Shown here: positions 19,212-30,019 of the stretch, in pieces
Layout of the letters: every line of letters begins with the position of its first letter
Position numbering within the stretch: position 1 is the stretch's first letter
Origin: a virus
Reading direction: 5' to 3' (one strand)
Virus record (IMG/VR): IMGVR_UViG_3300026320_000001
Span: 83,694-147,693 of that record
Length of the DNA: 64,000 nt
Notes under the pieces: generated by a model
Seen by the model: only the letters and a program-made list of their open reading frames with translations
Database searches by the model: none
What the model was told of the DNA's origin: nothing
Position numbers and translations under genes: made by a program

Positions 19212-19841
19212 TTATTTAATTAAAGACATAATCCAATCTGTTACTGGTTTGATGGTCATTACAAAATATAATGCTCCACCTCCATAAATTAATATTTTAG
19301 GTAGATTTTGTTTTATAAAAACTACCGAATCTATTTTTCCTTTGTTATCAACATCACTTATTTTTTGATTCATTTGAATAACATCATTTTTGATTGTGGT
19401 TATGTCACTACTATTATCTTCAACTTTATTTCCAACTTTTTCTGTAAAATTTTTTAGTTCACCGACAGTTTTATCAAATCTTTCAAGTATGTCAGAAAAC
19501 CTATTGATAGTTTCATCAAATCTTTCTGCAAAAAGACCAAACTTAGTAATTGTTGCATTCATATCAACATAACCATCTTCTAACTTTCTAATTTTACTTA
19601 TGTGTTCATTTAATTCAGCCCGATGAGAGCGTATTTGTTCCTGAATACTGGCTTGTCCATTTCCCCTTACCAATATTTTATCATGAATTTTGAAACCATT
19701 TTCAAGACGTTCAACATTTGGATTTATTGTATTAATTTTTTCTTCTATTGTTCTTAGTCTATTATGGTATTCATCGTTTAATTTTGAAAGTCTTTCGTAC
19801 TCATTAGACAATACAGCTAATCTTTCACTTTCCTCTCCCAC
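19212..19841 (-). CDS. coiled-coil protein with C-terminal membrane anchor (possibly lysis-related)
   Basis: Heptad-rich body; hydrophobic ILIYGGGALYFVMTI at the end; GAGGT RBS with GTG start. Confidence 0.55.
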   Translation of the reverse strand: MGEESERLAVLSNEYERLSKLNDEYHNRLRTIEEKINTINPNVERLENGFKIHDKILVRGNGQASIQEQIRSHRAELNEHISKIRKLEDGYVDMNATITKFGLFAERFDETINRFSDILERFDKTVGELKNFTEKVGNKVEDNSSDITTIKNDVIQMNQKISDVDNKGKIDSVVFIKQNLPKILIYGGGALYFVMTIKPVTDWIMSLIK

Positions 19842-19864
19842 ATAACACCTCTCTAAATAAAATT

Positions 19865-20074
19865 TTATATATCCAGTTCTATTGCATCACCAGATTTTTT
19901 ATTTTCAAAATTTCCAATTATTTTTTCACCATTACCATTATTATCAATAACAATATAGTTTTTACCAACAGCAATAATTTTATATAATTGTTTCATAAAT
20001 TTCTTTTTTTCTTTTTTTGATTCTTCTTTATATTCTTTTTCTTCCTTAAAATCATTGAACATAAACACCTCCAA
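19865..20074 (-). CDS. hypothetical protein (true start probably the ATG at 20062)
   Basis: GGAGGT precedes MFNDF. Confidence 0.6.
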   Translation of the reverse strand: MEVFMFNDFKEEKEYKEESKKEKKKFMKQLYKIIAVGKNYIVIDNNGNGEKIIGNFENKKSGDAIELDI

Positions 20075-20082
20075 TTTAAATA

Positions 20083-20118
20083 ATAAGCGATATAAGAAAA
20101 AATTCCTATATCGCTTAT
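20083..20118 (-). terminator. hairpin after the major tail gene
   Basis: TAAGCGATATA...TATATCGCTTA. Confidence 0.6.
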
Positions 20119-20127
20119 ATCTAATTA

Positions 20128-21162
20128 TTAAGTTGTTGTTACTGTAACATTTGCATCTATCGAAGTTTTAGCTGTTATTGTTGCTGAAATCAAAGCTGAA
20201 CCACTAGAAATCCATGTTACTAGTCCACCATGAAGAGACACGGTTGCATCACCCGTAGAACTAGAACCAAATGTCAAATCAGCTAATGGTGCTAAGAAGG
20301 CGGCCCCACTTGATGGAACTGCCCATACAACCAATTGTTTTGTTCCTGAAGCAAGAGTAAAATCACCACCTTGAATTCCAAGAGCAACGACGGAATCATA
20401 CCAATTTGCATTATCTAATATTTCTATTAATTTTGCAAGAACTGGTGTATTCAAGCATGAAGCTGTTGTCAAATCAGTATTTGCTAAAGCACGAATTTTC
20501 AATGGAGTTGTAGAAACACCATCCGATGTCATTGACAAAGAAAATGCACCAGTCAAAGTAGCTGTTGGAACAATAATTTGAACAACACCAATTCTACTAG
20601 TTGTTTCTTGTGAACTAATTAAAAGAGTTTCCATTTCAACTCTAACAATTGATGGTAGAACATCTGCTTCGATTGTTAATGAACGAGCCGCAGAATTTAA
20701 ATGATAATATCTTACACAAACAACATCACCACTTGTACCTGTACTAGATGCAAAAGTTGAACCTGAGAATGTAACTTTATCAACTGTTCCGTCAATTTGA
20801 GTTACCCAACCGTAGATTGTTGTTCCTGTTACGGACAATGGAGTTCCTGTAACTGTTCCGCTTCCAGATGCTCCTAAAGTAATTGTTTCTTCTGTATAAA
20901 CATTATCTCCAGTTACAATTGATTTTCCAACCGCAGTTGCAAGAAAATCTAAATTAAATTGTGTATCATTAACAGTTAAATTTAAATCACTTGTATGATA
21001 ATAAATTGCTTGTAGTTGACTACCGCGTCCACCTCTAATGTCAGTATTTCCAAGTGTCATTTCAAGACTTGAATCTACTAATGTTTTTCCAATAGCAATT
21101 AAACTATCGTTTGAAACATCATAAAGTCTAACATCGGCAACCGAAACCATAAATTTTTTCAT
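20128..21162 (-). CDS. major tail protein with C-terminal Ig-like domain
   Basis: GKTL..S...DIRGGRG motif, strong GGAGGT RBS, Big2-like C-terminus, location. Confidence 0.75.
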   Translation of the reverse strand: MKKFMVSVADVRLYDVSNDSLIAIGKTLVDSSLEMTLGNTDIRGGRGSQLQAIYYHTSDLNLTVNDTQFNLDFLATAVGKSIVTGDNVYTEETITLGASGSGTVTGTPLSVTGTTIYGWVTQIDGTVDKVTFSGSTFASSTGTSGDVVCVRYYHLNSAARSLTIEADVLPSIVRVEMETLLISSQETTSRIGVVQIIVPTATLTGAFSLSMTSDGVSTTPLKIRALANTDLTTASCLNTPVLAKLIEILDNANWYDSVVALGIQGGDFTLASGTKQLVVWAVPSSGAAFLAPLADLTFGSSSTGDATVSLHGGLVTWISSGSALISATITAKTSIDANVTVTTT

Positions 21163-21177
21163 GAATTACCTCCTATA

Positions 21178-21921
21178 TTATTTTTTACCACTTAATTTTT
21201 TTTCAACTGAATCTGTGGCAATAAGATTTTCGTTTCTATCTGATTCTAAATCAGACATCCAATGTTTTATAAAACTTTTATCTTTAAATTCCACAAGTCC
21301 ACTTAATGAGGCAGATAAATATATTTGATAATGAAGTTTTACGTCAACTCTTTGTAATGTTTTTACAAATTTTCTTATTGTCATATTAAAAATATCATCC
21401 ATATTCATAGATGTAGAAATTAATATGCATATTATTTGGTCTTCAAGAGAACCCATTCTTGTATTAGAAGATTTGTTTTTAAAATTTCTTGCTTCCTTTA
21501 ATTTATCTCGAATTTCTTTTTGAATTGTTTCATCTTCCAATTCTATTGAATTTTGTTCACATATAATTTTTCTTATGTTTTCAAAATCATTTCCATTAAT
21601 AATTTTATCATCAATTTTTATTATTGGTTTTTTTTTATTATCAAAACCAAATGATATGTTTTCATTATCAATTTTTGTAGACAATGATAATATTATGTTT
21701 AATTTTTCTAATAAATTATTTTGTTTATTAGATATGGAAAAAAGATATTCGAGATAATTCATAGTAATTATATTAACATCTGGAATGCTATTTTTATCAA
21801 TTGTTAAACAATCAATATAATAATTAAATAATATGTAATCTGACATTAACACTGGATAAAGTAAAATTCCATTTATTGGAACTGGCTTATCAAAGATATA
21901 AAAAAAATCTCTTGAATTCAT
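21178..21921 (-). CDS. tail-module protein (possible assembly chaperone)
   Basis: NMTIRKF motif; between neck and tail genes. Confidence 0.5.
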   Translation of the reverse strand: MNSRDFFYIFDKPVPINGILLYPVLMSDYILFNYYIDCLTIDKNSIPDVNIITMNYLEYLFSISNKQNNLLEKLNIILSLSTKIDNENISFGFDNKKKPIIKIDDKIINGNDFENIRKIICEQNSIELEDETIQKEIRDKLKEARNFKNKSSNTRMGSLEDQIICILISTSMNMDDIFNMTIRKFVKTLQRVDVKLHYQIYLSASLSGLVEFKDKSFIKHWMSDLESDRNENLIATDSVEKKLSGKK

Positions 21922-22460
21922 TATCCCACCTTTGCAGACATGACTATTCTTTTTCCTTTGAATGGAATTTGACCAGAAGGATATTCTCTATTTTCTTTAT
22001 TTCCCATTACATCAAAAAATAAATTTCCCAATGCTCCAATACCATTCCAACCATTAAATTTTTCTATTATGATTTGACAAATAGTATCAGTTCTTGTTGT
22101 ATAATTACTCAATGTATTGACTCTATAATGTGCATATACGTCAAAATTCATTGATATTGTTCCAACAGTTCTATTTTCAGGAAATATAGAATAAGGCCAA
22201 ATTCTTATAACACAAGCTTCATGTACCCATGCATTGATTTGTCCTTCATCAGAAAATACTCTAAATAGAGTTTCATCCTTTTGACCCCCATATATCAATG
22301 ATTGTTTTTGACTCAAAGTTAAATTTGGTTTTTTCCATGCATCTGCATCACTATAGAACATCAATTTCCAAGTCATCTCATCAGTTTCTAACAAATATTT
22401 TATACAATTATATGAATAATTTGGAAGATTTGAATATTTATTATAGGCAAATGAATCCAT
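21921..22460 (-). CDS. putative tail terminator / neck protein
   Basis: Position and size. Confidence 0.5.
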   Translation of the reverse strand: MDSFAYNKYSNLPNYSYNCIKYLLETDEMTWKLMFYSDADAWKKPNLTLSQKQSLIYGGQKDETLFRVFSDEGQINAWVHEACVIRIWPYSIFPENRTVGTISMNFDVYAHYRVNTLSNYTTRTDTICQIIIEKFNGWNGIGALGNLFFDVMGNKENREYPSGQIPFKGKRIVMSAKVG

Positions 22461-22489
22461 ATTATAAAACTCCTTTAAATTCTAACATA

Positions 22490-23815
22490 TTACCAAGCAC
22501 CACGAAGCCAGTATTCAACAATCTCAGTATGAATACCAGATTCTATTTTTATTTTTAATGATGAATTCAAATATCTAGAAATATTTGTAATTGAAAAATG
22601 ATTTCCATCTATAACATTATAGCTAAATTTAGATATTGGTACAGTGTTCGATATATCAACAGTAATAGTAAATGTATCAGATTGTACAACATCATTCAAC
22701 CATAAATAAACAGAATATATTTCTACAGAACCTTCTAAAATAGAATTTGTTGAAGGGTCAAGAATTATTTCATAATTATTTGATGGTGATGATATAACTG
22801 AAATTAAACATTCATCATAAACAGAAGAATTTCCATCAATTTCACATTTAATTGTTGCCATACCCGGAGAAATAGTTGTTACCAATCCAGATGAATCAAC
22901 TCTTGCAACCAATAAATTATCGCTTGACCATGCTACAGATTTATCAAAAATAATTCCATTTATTTTAACTTCAGCAGATAAAGAAAATGTTTGACCATTT
23001 TCTATACTTATAGAATTTTTATTTATTTTTATTGTATAAATATCTTCAAATGCATCAGCCACACCATTTACAAAATCATCCGTTGTTGGATTACTTTGTC
23101 CAACAGTCATTGTTAATTTTAATAATCCTGTACTTGAATTATCACTTGTTTTTAAATTATTGTAATTATCTATACCCCCACCCATTATTTTATATCCAAC
23201 CCAATTATCAGTATTTCCAAATAGAAATCTTTGACTTGGCTGAATTTTATTCGTAGTTTCATTGAATTGTGTTACCACTTCTATAAAACCAGATGGTAAA
23301 ACTAGAGAAGAACCAGCGGTACTATAATCTCTATTTTGTTTAATATCGTAATTAATTGAACAAGGTGATGTTAGTATTGCTCCAGTTTCAGGGTCAATCC
23401 ATTTCAAAACATTATTACATCTTTTGACAACGGATGAAGCGGCAAGATTTTTAATTCCTTCACTATTAATAACTATCCAATAATTATCATCAAAAAGGTA
23501 CATATATCCAACATTGGAAACATGGTCTAAATTTTGAAATAATATTATTTTATAATCATCTCCTAGATGTTGTCCTGTTCTAGTATTAATAGCATGATTC
23601 ACTCTTACATCTATATCTACAAAGTTTTTTGACATTGTAGGAAATTCTTCTTTAATAGTGTACCAATCAGTAGATGTTTTAAATTCCATATCTAAATTTT
23701 TTTGAAAATCATTTGAAAAAGAATTTTTAGGGGATTTTTGAATTGGCATGGATGCGTTTAAAAAATCATAAGGCATAATTACCCCACAAAATTTCCGGCA
23801 AACCATGATGCCCAA
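22490..23815 (-). CDS. putative head-closure protein with Ig-like domain (start probably MPYDF at 23776)
   Basis: KRCNNVLKW motif; VAWSSD..VARVDSSGLVT..PGMATI Big2 motif. Confidence 0.65.
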   Translation of the reverse strand: MGIMVCRKFCGVIMPYDFLNASMPIQKSPKNSFSNDFQKNLDMEFKTSTDWYTIKEEFPTMSKNFVDIDVRVNHAINTRTGQHLGDDYKIILFQNLDHVSNVGYMYLFDDNYWIVINSEGIKNLAASSVVKRCNNVLKWIDPETGAILTSPCSINYDIKQNRDYSTAGSSLVLPSGFIEVVTQFNETTNKIQPSQRFLFGNTDNWVGYKIMGGGIDNYNNLKTSDNSSTGLLKLTMTVGQSNPTTDDFVNGVADAFEDIYTIKINKNSISIENGQTFSLSAEVKINGIIFDKSVAWSSDNLLVARVDSSGLVTTISPGMATIKCEIDGNSSVYDECLISVISSPSNNYEIILDPSTNSILEGSVEIYSVYLWLNDVVQSDTFTITVDISNTVPISKFSYNVIDGNHFSITNISRYLNSSLKIKIESGIHTEIVEYWLRGAW

Positions 23816-24243
23816 TCAAGATTTTTAAATCCATAGTCCACCATTGCCTGAGAACAATCTTCATTTAATTTATCATATGAAGATTTTTTTGCATTTAAAT
23901 TATTTGCTTCTGCAAATGTTTTAAAATCATCATCTTGAACATGAAGTCTCATTTGTAAAATGTCATTAACTTCTTTGCCAAGCCATTCTTTTACCATGAA
24001 TTTTGATAATATTATTTTATTTATTTCTGTCATGATGAAATTAAATTCTTTTGAAGAATCATTTCTATCTGATAAATTTTGTGTACAAGGGTCAAATCCT
24101 CTTGTTGCTAAAATTAAAAATCCTGTAAGATATGTTTCAAAATTTGAAATACCAGTTGTTGGTGTATTATATAAATCAATTAATCTATAGTCTGATAATT
24201 GTTGCATAAAGAGGTCAAAGATTTCTGAAAACGAAGTTCCCAT
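23779..24243 (-). CDS. putative head-tail adaptor
   Basis: MGTSFSEIFDLF...DFKTFAEAN; position two genes after the capsid. Confidence 0.6.
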   Translation of the reverse strand: MGTSFSEIFDLFMQQLSDYRLIDLYNTPTTGISNFETYLTGFLILATRGFDPCTQNLSDRNDSSKEFNFIMTEINKIILSKFMVKEWLGKEVNDILQMRLHVQDDDFKTFAEANNLNAKKSSYDKLNEDCSQAMVDYGFKNLDWASWFAGNFVG

Positions 24244-24278
24244 ATTTCCTCCTTATTATATTAAAAATACAATTCCCG

Positions 24279-24875
24279 TTATGTAACAGGAATTGCATCT
24301 AATGCTTTAGCTTCTTCAGCTAATTTTGATAAATCTGTTCCACTTATTTTTGAAATTTGTGAAATGATATTTAAATCTAATTCATTTACTTTCATTTCTT
24401 GCACAAGCATCGAATCTATATTTTCTCTTTGTGCTGGAGTTGCGCTTTGATAAAGTTTTACAGCCAATTTGGAATCACAATTAAGAATTTTTTCAATCAT
24501 TGATTTAGAAAGAATATTTGCATACATGTCATTAAGTCCATGTTTTCTGATAATTTTTTCATTTAATATATAAAAATATCCTTTTTCCATGAAACTTCTA
24601 TAATTTTCCATAACACTAGCTAAATCATTATATAGAATTCTTTTTACTTCACCAAAATCATTAAAAGAAAAACGCTTTCCTTTTCCTGATGGTTCTGTAC
24701 TAAGATTTAATTTTCCGGGATATAAACTCATTACTTCAATATATGAATCTAAACGAAACTCTAAATCTTCTTCTTGATTTCTCAATTTTTCATTTTCCAA
24801 TTCAATTCTTGCTAATTTTTCGACCAAAGTTTCTTCAACTTTAGTTGTTGGTTGTACTTTTTTTTCTGTAGCCAT
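24279..24875 (-). CDS. head-associated hypothetical protein
   Basis: 198-aa ORF after the capsid gene, GAGGAG RBS. Confidence 0.7.
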   Translation of the reverse strand: MATEKKVQPTTKVEETLVEKLARIELENEKLRNQEEDLEFRLDSYIEVMSLYPGKLNLSTEPSGKGKRFSFNDFGEVKRILYNDLASVMENYRSFMEKGYFYILNEKIIRKHGLNDMYANILSKSMIEKILNCDSKLAVKLYQSATPAQRENIDSMLVQEMKVNELDLNIISQISKISGTDLSKLAEEAKALDAIPVT

Positions 24876-24908
24876 TTCTCCTCTTTATATTTATAATTTG
24901 AATTTTTT

Positions 24909-24950
24909 ATTTAGGGAATGTTCTATAATTAAATAAAACATTCCCTAAAT
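24909..24950 (-). terminator. hairpin after the capsid gene
   Basis: ATTTAGGGAATGTT...AACATTCCCTAAAT. Confidence 0.55.
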
Positions 24951-24983
24951 TTTATATTATTATTTTTATAGAAATAATAAAAA

Positions 24984-26111
24984 CTATGGTAATGTCATAA
25001 CACCGGCAATTGCATTTGTCGCAATACCAGATGCCCAACTCTTCATAAGAGTTGCATTTTGGTTAAGATTTGCATTAGCAAAATTATTATCAACATTTGC
25101 CAATGTTGTTCCTTCGATAACTAATTTTACAAGTTTATTCGCTGATGGAGAAATCACATACAAGCGAGTATCATCTAAAACTAGGCTAAAAGGTGTTGTC
25201 CAATCAGCTACTTGTGGTAATGCCATTACATCATATGTTCCCATAGTGTTAATATAACCAATACGAACATAATCTGATTCCAAAGTATATCTGTAATTTG
25301 CATCTGCCGGTAAAACACTCAATAGAGCGACTGGAGTTCCAACAATAATGGCTTTATTTCCACCATTCCATGCAGAAACCTTTTGAGCCAAAGTGATTAA
25401 ATCAGATTGACTATATCCAGCGTACTTCAATTTTGCATTGCCTGAAGATGTAAGATTTGTCATAGCAGTATTGAACGTAGTATAAACATCTCTTGTCATT
25501 TCTGATTCAAGTGAACGAATAACTTTTGTTACAAAATCTCCCAATGATTCTTTTCCGGCCAAAACCTTGTAAAGAGAAACTTGTGTTGATAATTCACGCA
25601 TTACAGGAACAAGTGTAACTTGTCCTTCAAATTGCTTATGAATTTCTCCGGTTCTCATGCCTTTACCAGCTTTTGAAACCACAAATAAATCACGAGGTTT
25701 AATATCGAATGAAGCAGAATCTCCCCAATCAAGTGCTTTTACATCAGTATAAATACCAATACTATCAATTAATGTATCTGGAAGAACCATATCAACAAGA
25801 GCGTTGATAACAGCAAAAGTAGCCCATTTAACCATAGGGTTACTAATCCATTGTTCTAAAGGAAGTTGTTCAAAATGAGCAACACCTGCATGGCGTAAAA
25901 TTTCACGCTTCAAGCTTGCATTCATTTGAGTTTCTTTTTCATCAAACGTAATTGTTGTTCCATCTGGACGATTACGTTGAAAATCATATTGTTTTCCATT
26001 GTTCTTGTTTTGCATTGAACGATAATGGTTGTAATAGTCCAAAAATGATTTATATGGACTTAAAAATGTTTCGCCTCCGGCGAATTGTATAACTTTATTA
26101 GTAATTTTCAT
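24984..26111 (-). CDS. major capsid protein
   Basis: 375 aa, AGGAGG RBS, order protease/scaffold - decoration - capsid, IIVGTPVAL motif. Confidence 0.8.
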   Translation of the reverse strand: MKITNKVIQFAGGETFLSPYKSFLDYYNHYRSMQNKNNGKQYDFQRNRPDGTTITFDEKETQMNASLKREILRHAGVAHFEQLPLEQWISNPMVKWATFAVINALVDMVLPDTLIDSIGIYTDVKALDWGDSASFDIKPRDLFVVSKAGKGMRTGEIHKQFEGQVTLVPVMRELSTQVSLYKVLAGKESLGDFVTKVIRSLESEMTRDVYTTFNTAMTNLTSSGNAKLKYAGYSQSDLITLAQKVSAWNGGNKAIIVGTPVALLSVLPADANYRYTLESDYVRIGYINTMGTYDVMALPQVADWTTPFSLVLDDTRLYVISPSANKLVKLVIEGTTLANVDNNFANANLNQNATLMKSWASGIATNAIAGVMTLP

Positions 26112-26140
26112 TATATTTTTATCCTCCTATATCTATAGTA

Positions 26141-26680
26141 TTACGCAACAGCCACAACTTCAAACAAGTAGGCAGTAACACGTTGTGTATCAATTCCGCC
26201 TGTACCAATAGAAATATAGTCAGTTGAAATTAATTTTAAAGTTAAACCTGAAACAGCACTAGCCGCCCAAGTTAATTTTTGAGCCGCATTTGTTGCAACA
26301 ACAAATCCGTTTGATGATTTTGTTCCAGCAACAGCATCGGCACTCATCAAAATTAAGTCACCCATTACTGGTTGAAACACTGAAAAAATATCCCCAATTT
26401 CATTTCTGAAATTTCTTGGGTCAGGGTCTAATCCCTTATATTTTGAACTTCCAGAAACAGTTACAACAACTTCTGGTTCATAAGCCATCCATAGATTAAC
26501 TAAATCACTAGTAGTAGGTGCAGTAATAACCCAAACTTCACCTTCACCAGTTGTAGTAGATTTTGTTAGAAGATTTCCAACACTACCATTTTCATAAGCA
26601 CTAGCACTTACAGCGGCACGATTATATGAATCAATGTTTAAAGCCGCAACTTTTGTTTGTACGATTACTCCGTATGCCAT
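26141..26680 (-). CDS. capsid decoration / cement protein
   Basis: ENG motif, size and position between scaffold and capsid. Confidence 0.65.
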   Translation of the reverse strand: MAYGVIVQTKVAALNIDSYNRAAVSASAYENGSVGNLLTKSTTTGEGEVWVITAPTTSDLVNLWMAYEPEVVVTVSGSSKYKGLDPDPRNFRNEIGDIFSVFQPVMGDLILMSADAVAGTKSSNGFVVATNAAQKLTWAASAVSGLTLKLISTDYISIGTGGIDTQRVTAYLFEVVAVA

Positions 26681-26693
26681 AATTTATCTCCTT

Positions 26694-28832
26694 TTATTCC
26701 CATAATTTTTCTTGCTTTGGTTTTCTTTCAGAAAAAGGAAGTTGCATTCTTATAATGTCATCTTTTTCCTTATCTTTACTTCCAGCATAAACAAATGCCT
26801 TTGCTTTTACCATATTTGTATAAGAATCCATATTTTCTAAACTAAATTCTAAAGACAAATTGCGGCATTTTTCAATTTCTGCATCTGGCATTCCAACTTC
26901 CATCGCTTCATTTAAAACTTTTTCTACTGCAAAACTAAATTTTTCCAATTCTGAATTTTTCTTGTATTGTTTTAATTCTACATTTTCTTTTGACATTTCA
27001 TTGATTGTTGCAGAATCTTTTGCAATAGCCAAAGATGCTTCCTTAACAAAATTAATCATTGAATTAGTAATATTTTTTAATTTAGCATCAGAACCTTTTG
27101 CAATTTCAACAGCGCAAGATTCAAGTAAACTATAGAATACACTTTTATTCTTATCTTTTTCAGACATTTGACGATATGTTTTTGTTTCTGATTCTAAAAA
27201 TGAAAGAATTGCTTTTACATCAAGATTTTCATTCAATGACATATTTACATCTTCTTTTTCTTCTGCGTCAGAACCAACTGTTGAATCAGCATAAGATTCT
27301 TTTACATCACCCTTATCTCCCTCTTTTTTATCTTCTTTTTTTTCTTTTTCAGGAGTTTCTTTTTTTTCTTCTTCAGGTGTTTCTTCTTTAGCAAAAGTTC
27401 CATCTTCTTTTGACATAACTTCTGTGTCTGTCATTTCTTCTTTTGACATAACTTCTGTGTCTGTCATTTCTTCTTTTGCCATTTCTTCTGTCTTATTTTT
27501 ATCGGCCATATTATTTACCTCCATTCCCAAGTAATTATCTTCTTGAAATTCAGAAGACATTTTTTCTTCATTTGGCTTATCTAAGCCCATTTTCTCATAA
27601 ATCTTTAGTATTTTTCCAACCACACCAGATTCATTTTGACCTCTTGCTCTTTGTAAAGCGGCAGAAAGACCATAATGATTATAAACAAGAGTATTATTTT
27701 TTAACTCCATAACTGGATATTTCAAATGTTCACTTGGGGCATCTTCCCACCCATTTTCAACAAGCATATAAACATCATTAACTAATGATTTGTAATTGCT
27801 TGCATTTAAAATCTTATTTCTAAGAGATGTTTTATCTACATTTCCCCATGCATCTTCACTCATTGATTCTTTTTTTTTGTCAATTTTTAAAACTTCACCA
27901 GAACCTAAATCTTCTGAAGAAAATTCAGACATTTTTTCTTTCTTTACCCAATGTCCATCTTTTACTTCATGTGTTTTTTTAAAACTACTAATTGCAATTG
28001 CCCATCCATTTTTATTTTTATCTGTTCCTATAGATTCGGCTTGTTTTGCAATAGCATTGGCTTGGCTTAAAGTAATTGGGGGATTGATTCCTTTTAATGC
28101 AGGATTTGCATCTTTTAAACTAGCGTAAGGCATAGTAATATCACCTTTCTTTTCATAACTTGAAATCTTATCATCAATATCAATTAATTTATTTATCACT
28201 TCTTTTACTTCATTTTTCAAAATTGAGAAATCAGATTTATATTCAAATTCTTCTTTATAGATTTTTTCATATTCTTCATTCTCTTCTTTTGCAAATGAAA
28301 TCATTTGTAAATTTGCACCCGGAGATGCTGGAGTTGTAAAATCTCCCAAAACACAAATAGCAGTATATGTAAAATCTAATAAATTTAATAAACCATCTTC
28401 TGTTTCATTATAGTCATTGACTTCTAATTCAACTGAAACTGATTTATTTTTCTTTCCAGATTCTTGAAATACTTGCATAAATTTTGGAGCATATTTTTTC
28501 CATATTTTTCCAAATACATTTAAAGAAGTTCTACCGTCTGGTAAAATTTCAAATTCTGCACTATCTGGCATTACAAATCCAGAAATAATAGGAATATCAG
28601 AATGTCCTCCAAAATCTCTCAATCTATTATCATATTCAAAAATTATTGGTTTTTCATATAATGTTGGAGCAGTTCTTTTTAATGTCTCAACATCACAAAC
28701 TGTATCATGAAGACTTTTTCCTGTTGAAAATGCTTTAATTTTTGCTGTTGCAAATTGACTGTCTGGTGATTCATATATAATATCAACACTTTCAATTTCA
28801 AAATTTAATTTCTTATTTACCAAGTAAATCAC
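26694..28832 (-). CDS. prohead protease / ChaB-like / scaffold fusion
   Basis: N-terminal protease-like region (DFGGH, GKIWKKY, SVSVEL, ICVLG..PAS); acidic scaffold-like C-terminus; AGGAGGT RBS. Confidence 0.75.
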   Translation of the reverse strand: MIYLVNKKLNFEIESVDIIYESPDSQFATAKIKAFSTGKSLHDTVCDVETLKRTAPTLYEKPIIFEYDNRLRDFGGHSDIPIISGFVMPDSAEFEILPDGRTSLNVFGKIWKKYAPKFMQVFQESGKKNKSVSVELEVNDYNETEDGLLNLLDFTYTAICVLGDFTTPASPGANLQMISFAKEENEEYEKIYKEEFEYKSDFSILKNEVKEVINKLIDIDDKISSYEKKGDITMPYASLKDANPALKGINPPITLSQANAIAKQAESIGTDKNKNGWAIAISSFKKTHEVKDGHWVKKEKMSEFSSEDLGSGEVLKIDKKKESMSEDAWGNVDKTSLRNKILNASNYKSLVNDVYMLVENGWEDAPSEHLKYPVMELKNNTLVYNHYGLSAALQRARGQNESGVVGKILKIYEKMGLDKPNEEKMSSEFQEDNYLGMEVNNMADKNKTEEMAKEEMTDTEVMSKEEMTDTEVMSKEDGTFAKEETPEEEKKETPEKEKKEDKKEGDKGDVKESYADSTVGSDAEEKEDVNMSLNENLDVKAILSFLESETKTYRQMSEKDKNKSVFYSLLESCAVEIAKGSDAKLKNITNSMINFVKEASLAIAKDSATINEMSKENVELKQYKKNSELEKFSFAVEKVLNEAMEVGMPDAEIEKCRNLSLEFSLENMDSYTNMVKAKAFVYAGSKDKEKDDIIRMQLPFSERKPKQEKLWE
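27403..27478 (-). repeat. 33-bp exact tandem duplication (EEMTDTEVMSK x2)
   Basis: TCTTCTTTTGACATAACTTCTGTGTCTGTCATT twice plus a partial copy. Confidence 0.9.
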
Positions 28833-28840
28833 CTCCTATA

Positions 28841-29047
28841 TTAAAAAAGATTTTTTGTTATTTTGTAATAAAATGGAATATTTTCTAAAACTTCCTTTAA
28901 TAAATCAGTATTAGCAAAATACCATTCCCCATTTTTACCTCTACCAAAAAGAGGAATATTTTTTGAATTTATAAGCCAATTGGCAATAATACCATTTGTT
29001 TTATATAATTTATTCTCTTTTATAATGTCAGGGTTAACTACATACAT
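28841..29047 (-). CDS. small hypothetical protein
   Basis: 68-aa ORF with AAGGA RBS. Confidence 0.65.
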   Translation of the reverse strand: MYVVNPDIIKENKLYKTNGIIANWLINSKNIPLFGRGKNGEWYFANTDLLKEVLENIPFYYKITKNLF

Positions 29048-29079
29048 GATAATCTTCCTTTAAACAAAAACTCTCTTTA

Positions 29080-30000
29080 TTACAAGAGAGTTGTTTTTAA
29101 TATATTTTCTATATTATCAAAATTCCAATACGGAATCCTAATAAGTTTTATATCATTATCTTTACAATATTTTGTTTTTATTTTATCATTTTTCTTTGTT
29201 TTTTTAAATTCTATTGGTTTATTGAATTTATCTTTATAATGAAGAATTCCATCATATTCTATTAAAATATTTAATTTTGAAATATAAAAATCAAATGAAA
29301 GAATGCGAATATTTTTGCAATTTTTAAAACCTTTATATTGTGTTTCAAATTTTATGTTATTATTTAATAAATATTCTGATATTCTTTTTTCACCTTTTGA
29401 TGAAGCACAATTTGGACAATTTTTTCCAGAAGTTCTATTGGAAATTTTACATATCCATTTATATCCACAATCTTTGCAAATCCAATTTTTATATTTATGT
29501 GAACCTATTGTAAAATCCTTTGGAATTCCAGTATTTTTATCATAATTCCATTCAGAAGAAATTTCTGGAAATTTTATTTCCAAATTATTATGATTTCCAT
29601 TTATTCTCCATAAAGTTTTACATTTACATAAACCTCTTCCTGAACGAATATAATCAAAACATATGTAAAATTCTTTTTTACAATTATTGCATAAAAATTT
29701 TAAATTCTTTTTTTCTGTAGAAATATATTCTCCAGAAATATATGTTATAAGAATATTATTATTTTTTATATATAGTAAAACATTATATAAAGAATAAGGA
29801 TTATATTTTGCAAACTCATATAATTTACAATTTCTTTTTATTTGAGTTTTAAAATTGGTAAATGTTGTACTATATTTATATCCATATTTATCTATAATAT
29901 TTAAATAATCTTTTGTTGTATTATATTTTTTATCAATCAAAAAATAATATTTATTTTTTTCTATGATTGATTTTACTTCTTGATATGAAAATTTTCCCAT
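29080..30000 (-). CDS. free-standing PD-(D/E)XK (Vsr/DUF559-like) endonuclease with zinc ribbons
   Basis: SKGE..I, LSFDFYI..LIEYDGILH, D..K..YC...IKLIRIPYW, CxxC repeats. Confidence 0.8.
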   Translation of the reverse strand: MGKFSYQEVKSIIEKNKYYFLIDKKYNTTKDYLNIIDKYGYKYSTTFTNFKTQIKRNCKLYEFAKYNPYSLYNVLLYIKNNNILITYISGEYISTEKKNLKFLCNNCKKEFYICFDYIRSGRGLCKCKTLWRINGNHNNLEIKFPEISSEWNYDKNTGIPKDFTIGSHKYKNWICKDCGYKWICKISNRTSGKNCPNCASSKGEKRISEYLLNNNIKFETQYKGFKNCKNIRILSFDFYISKLNILIEYDGILHYKDKFNKPIEFKKTKKNDKIKTKYCKDNDIKLIRIPYWNFDNIENILKTTLL

Positions 30001-30019
30001 ATATCATCTCCTATAATGA

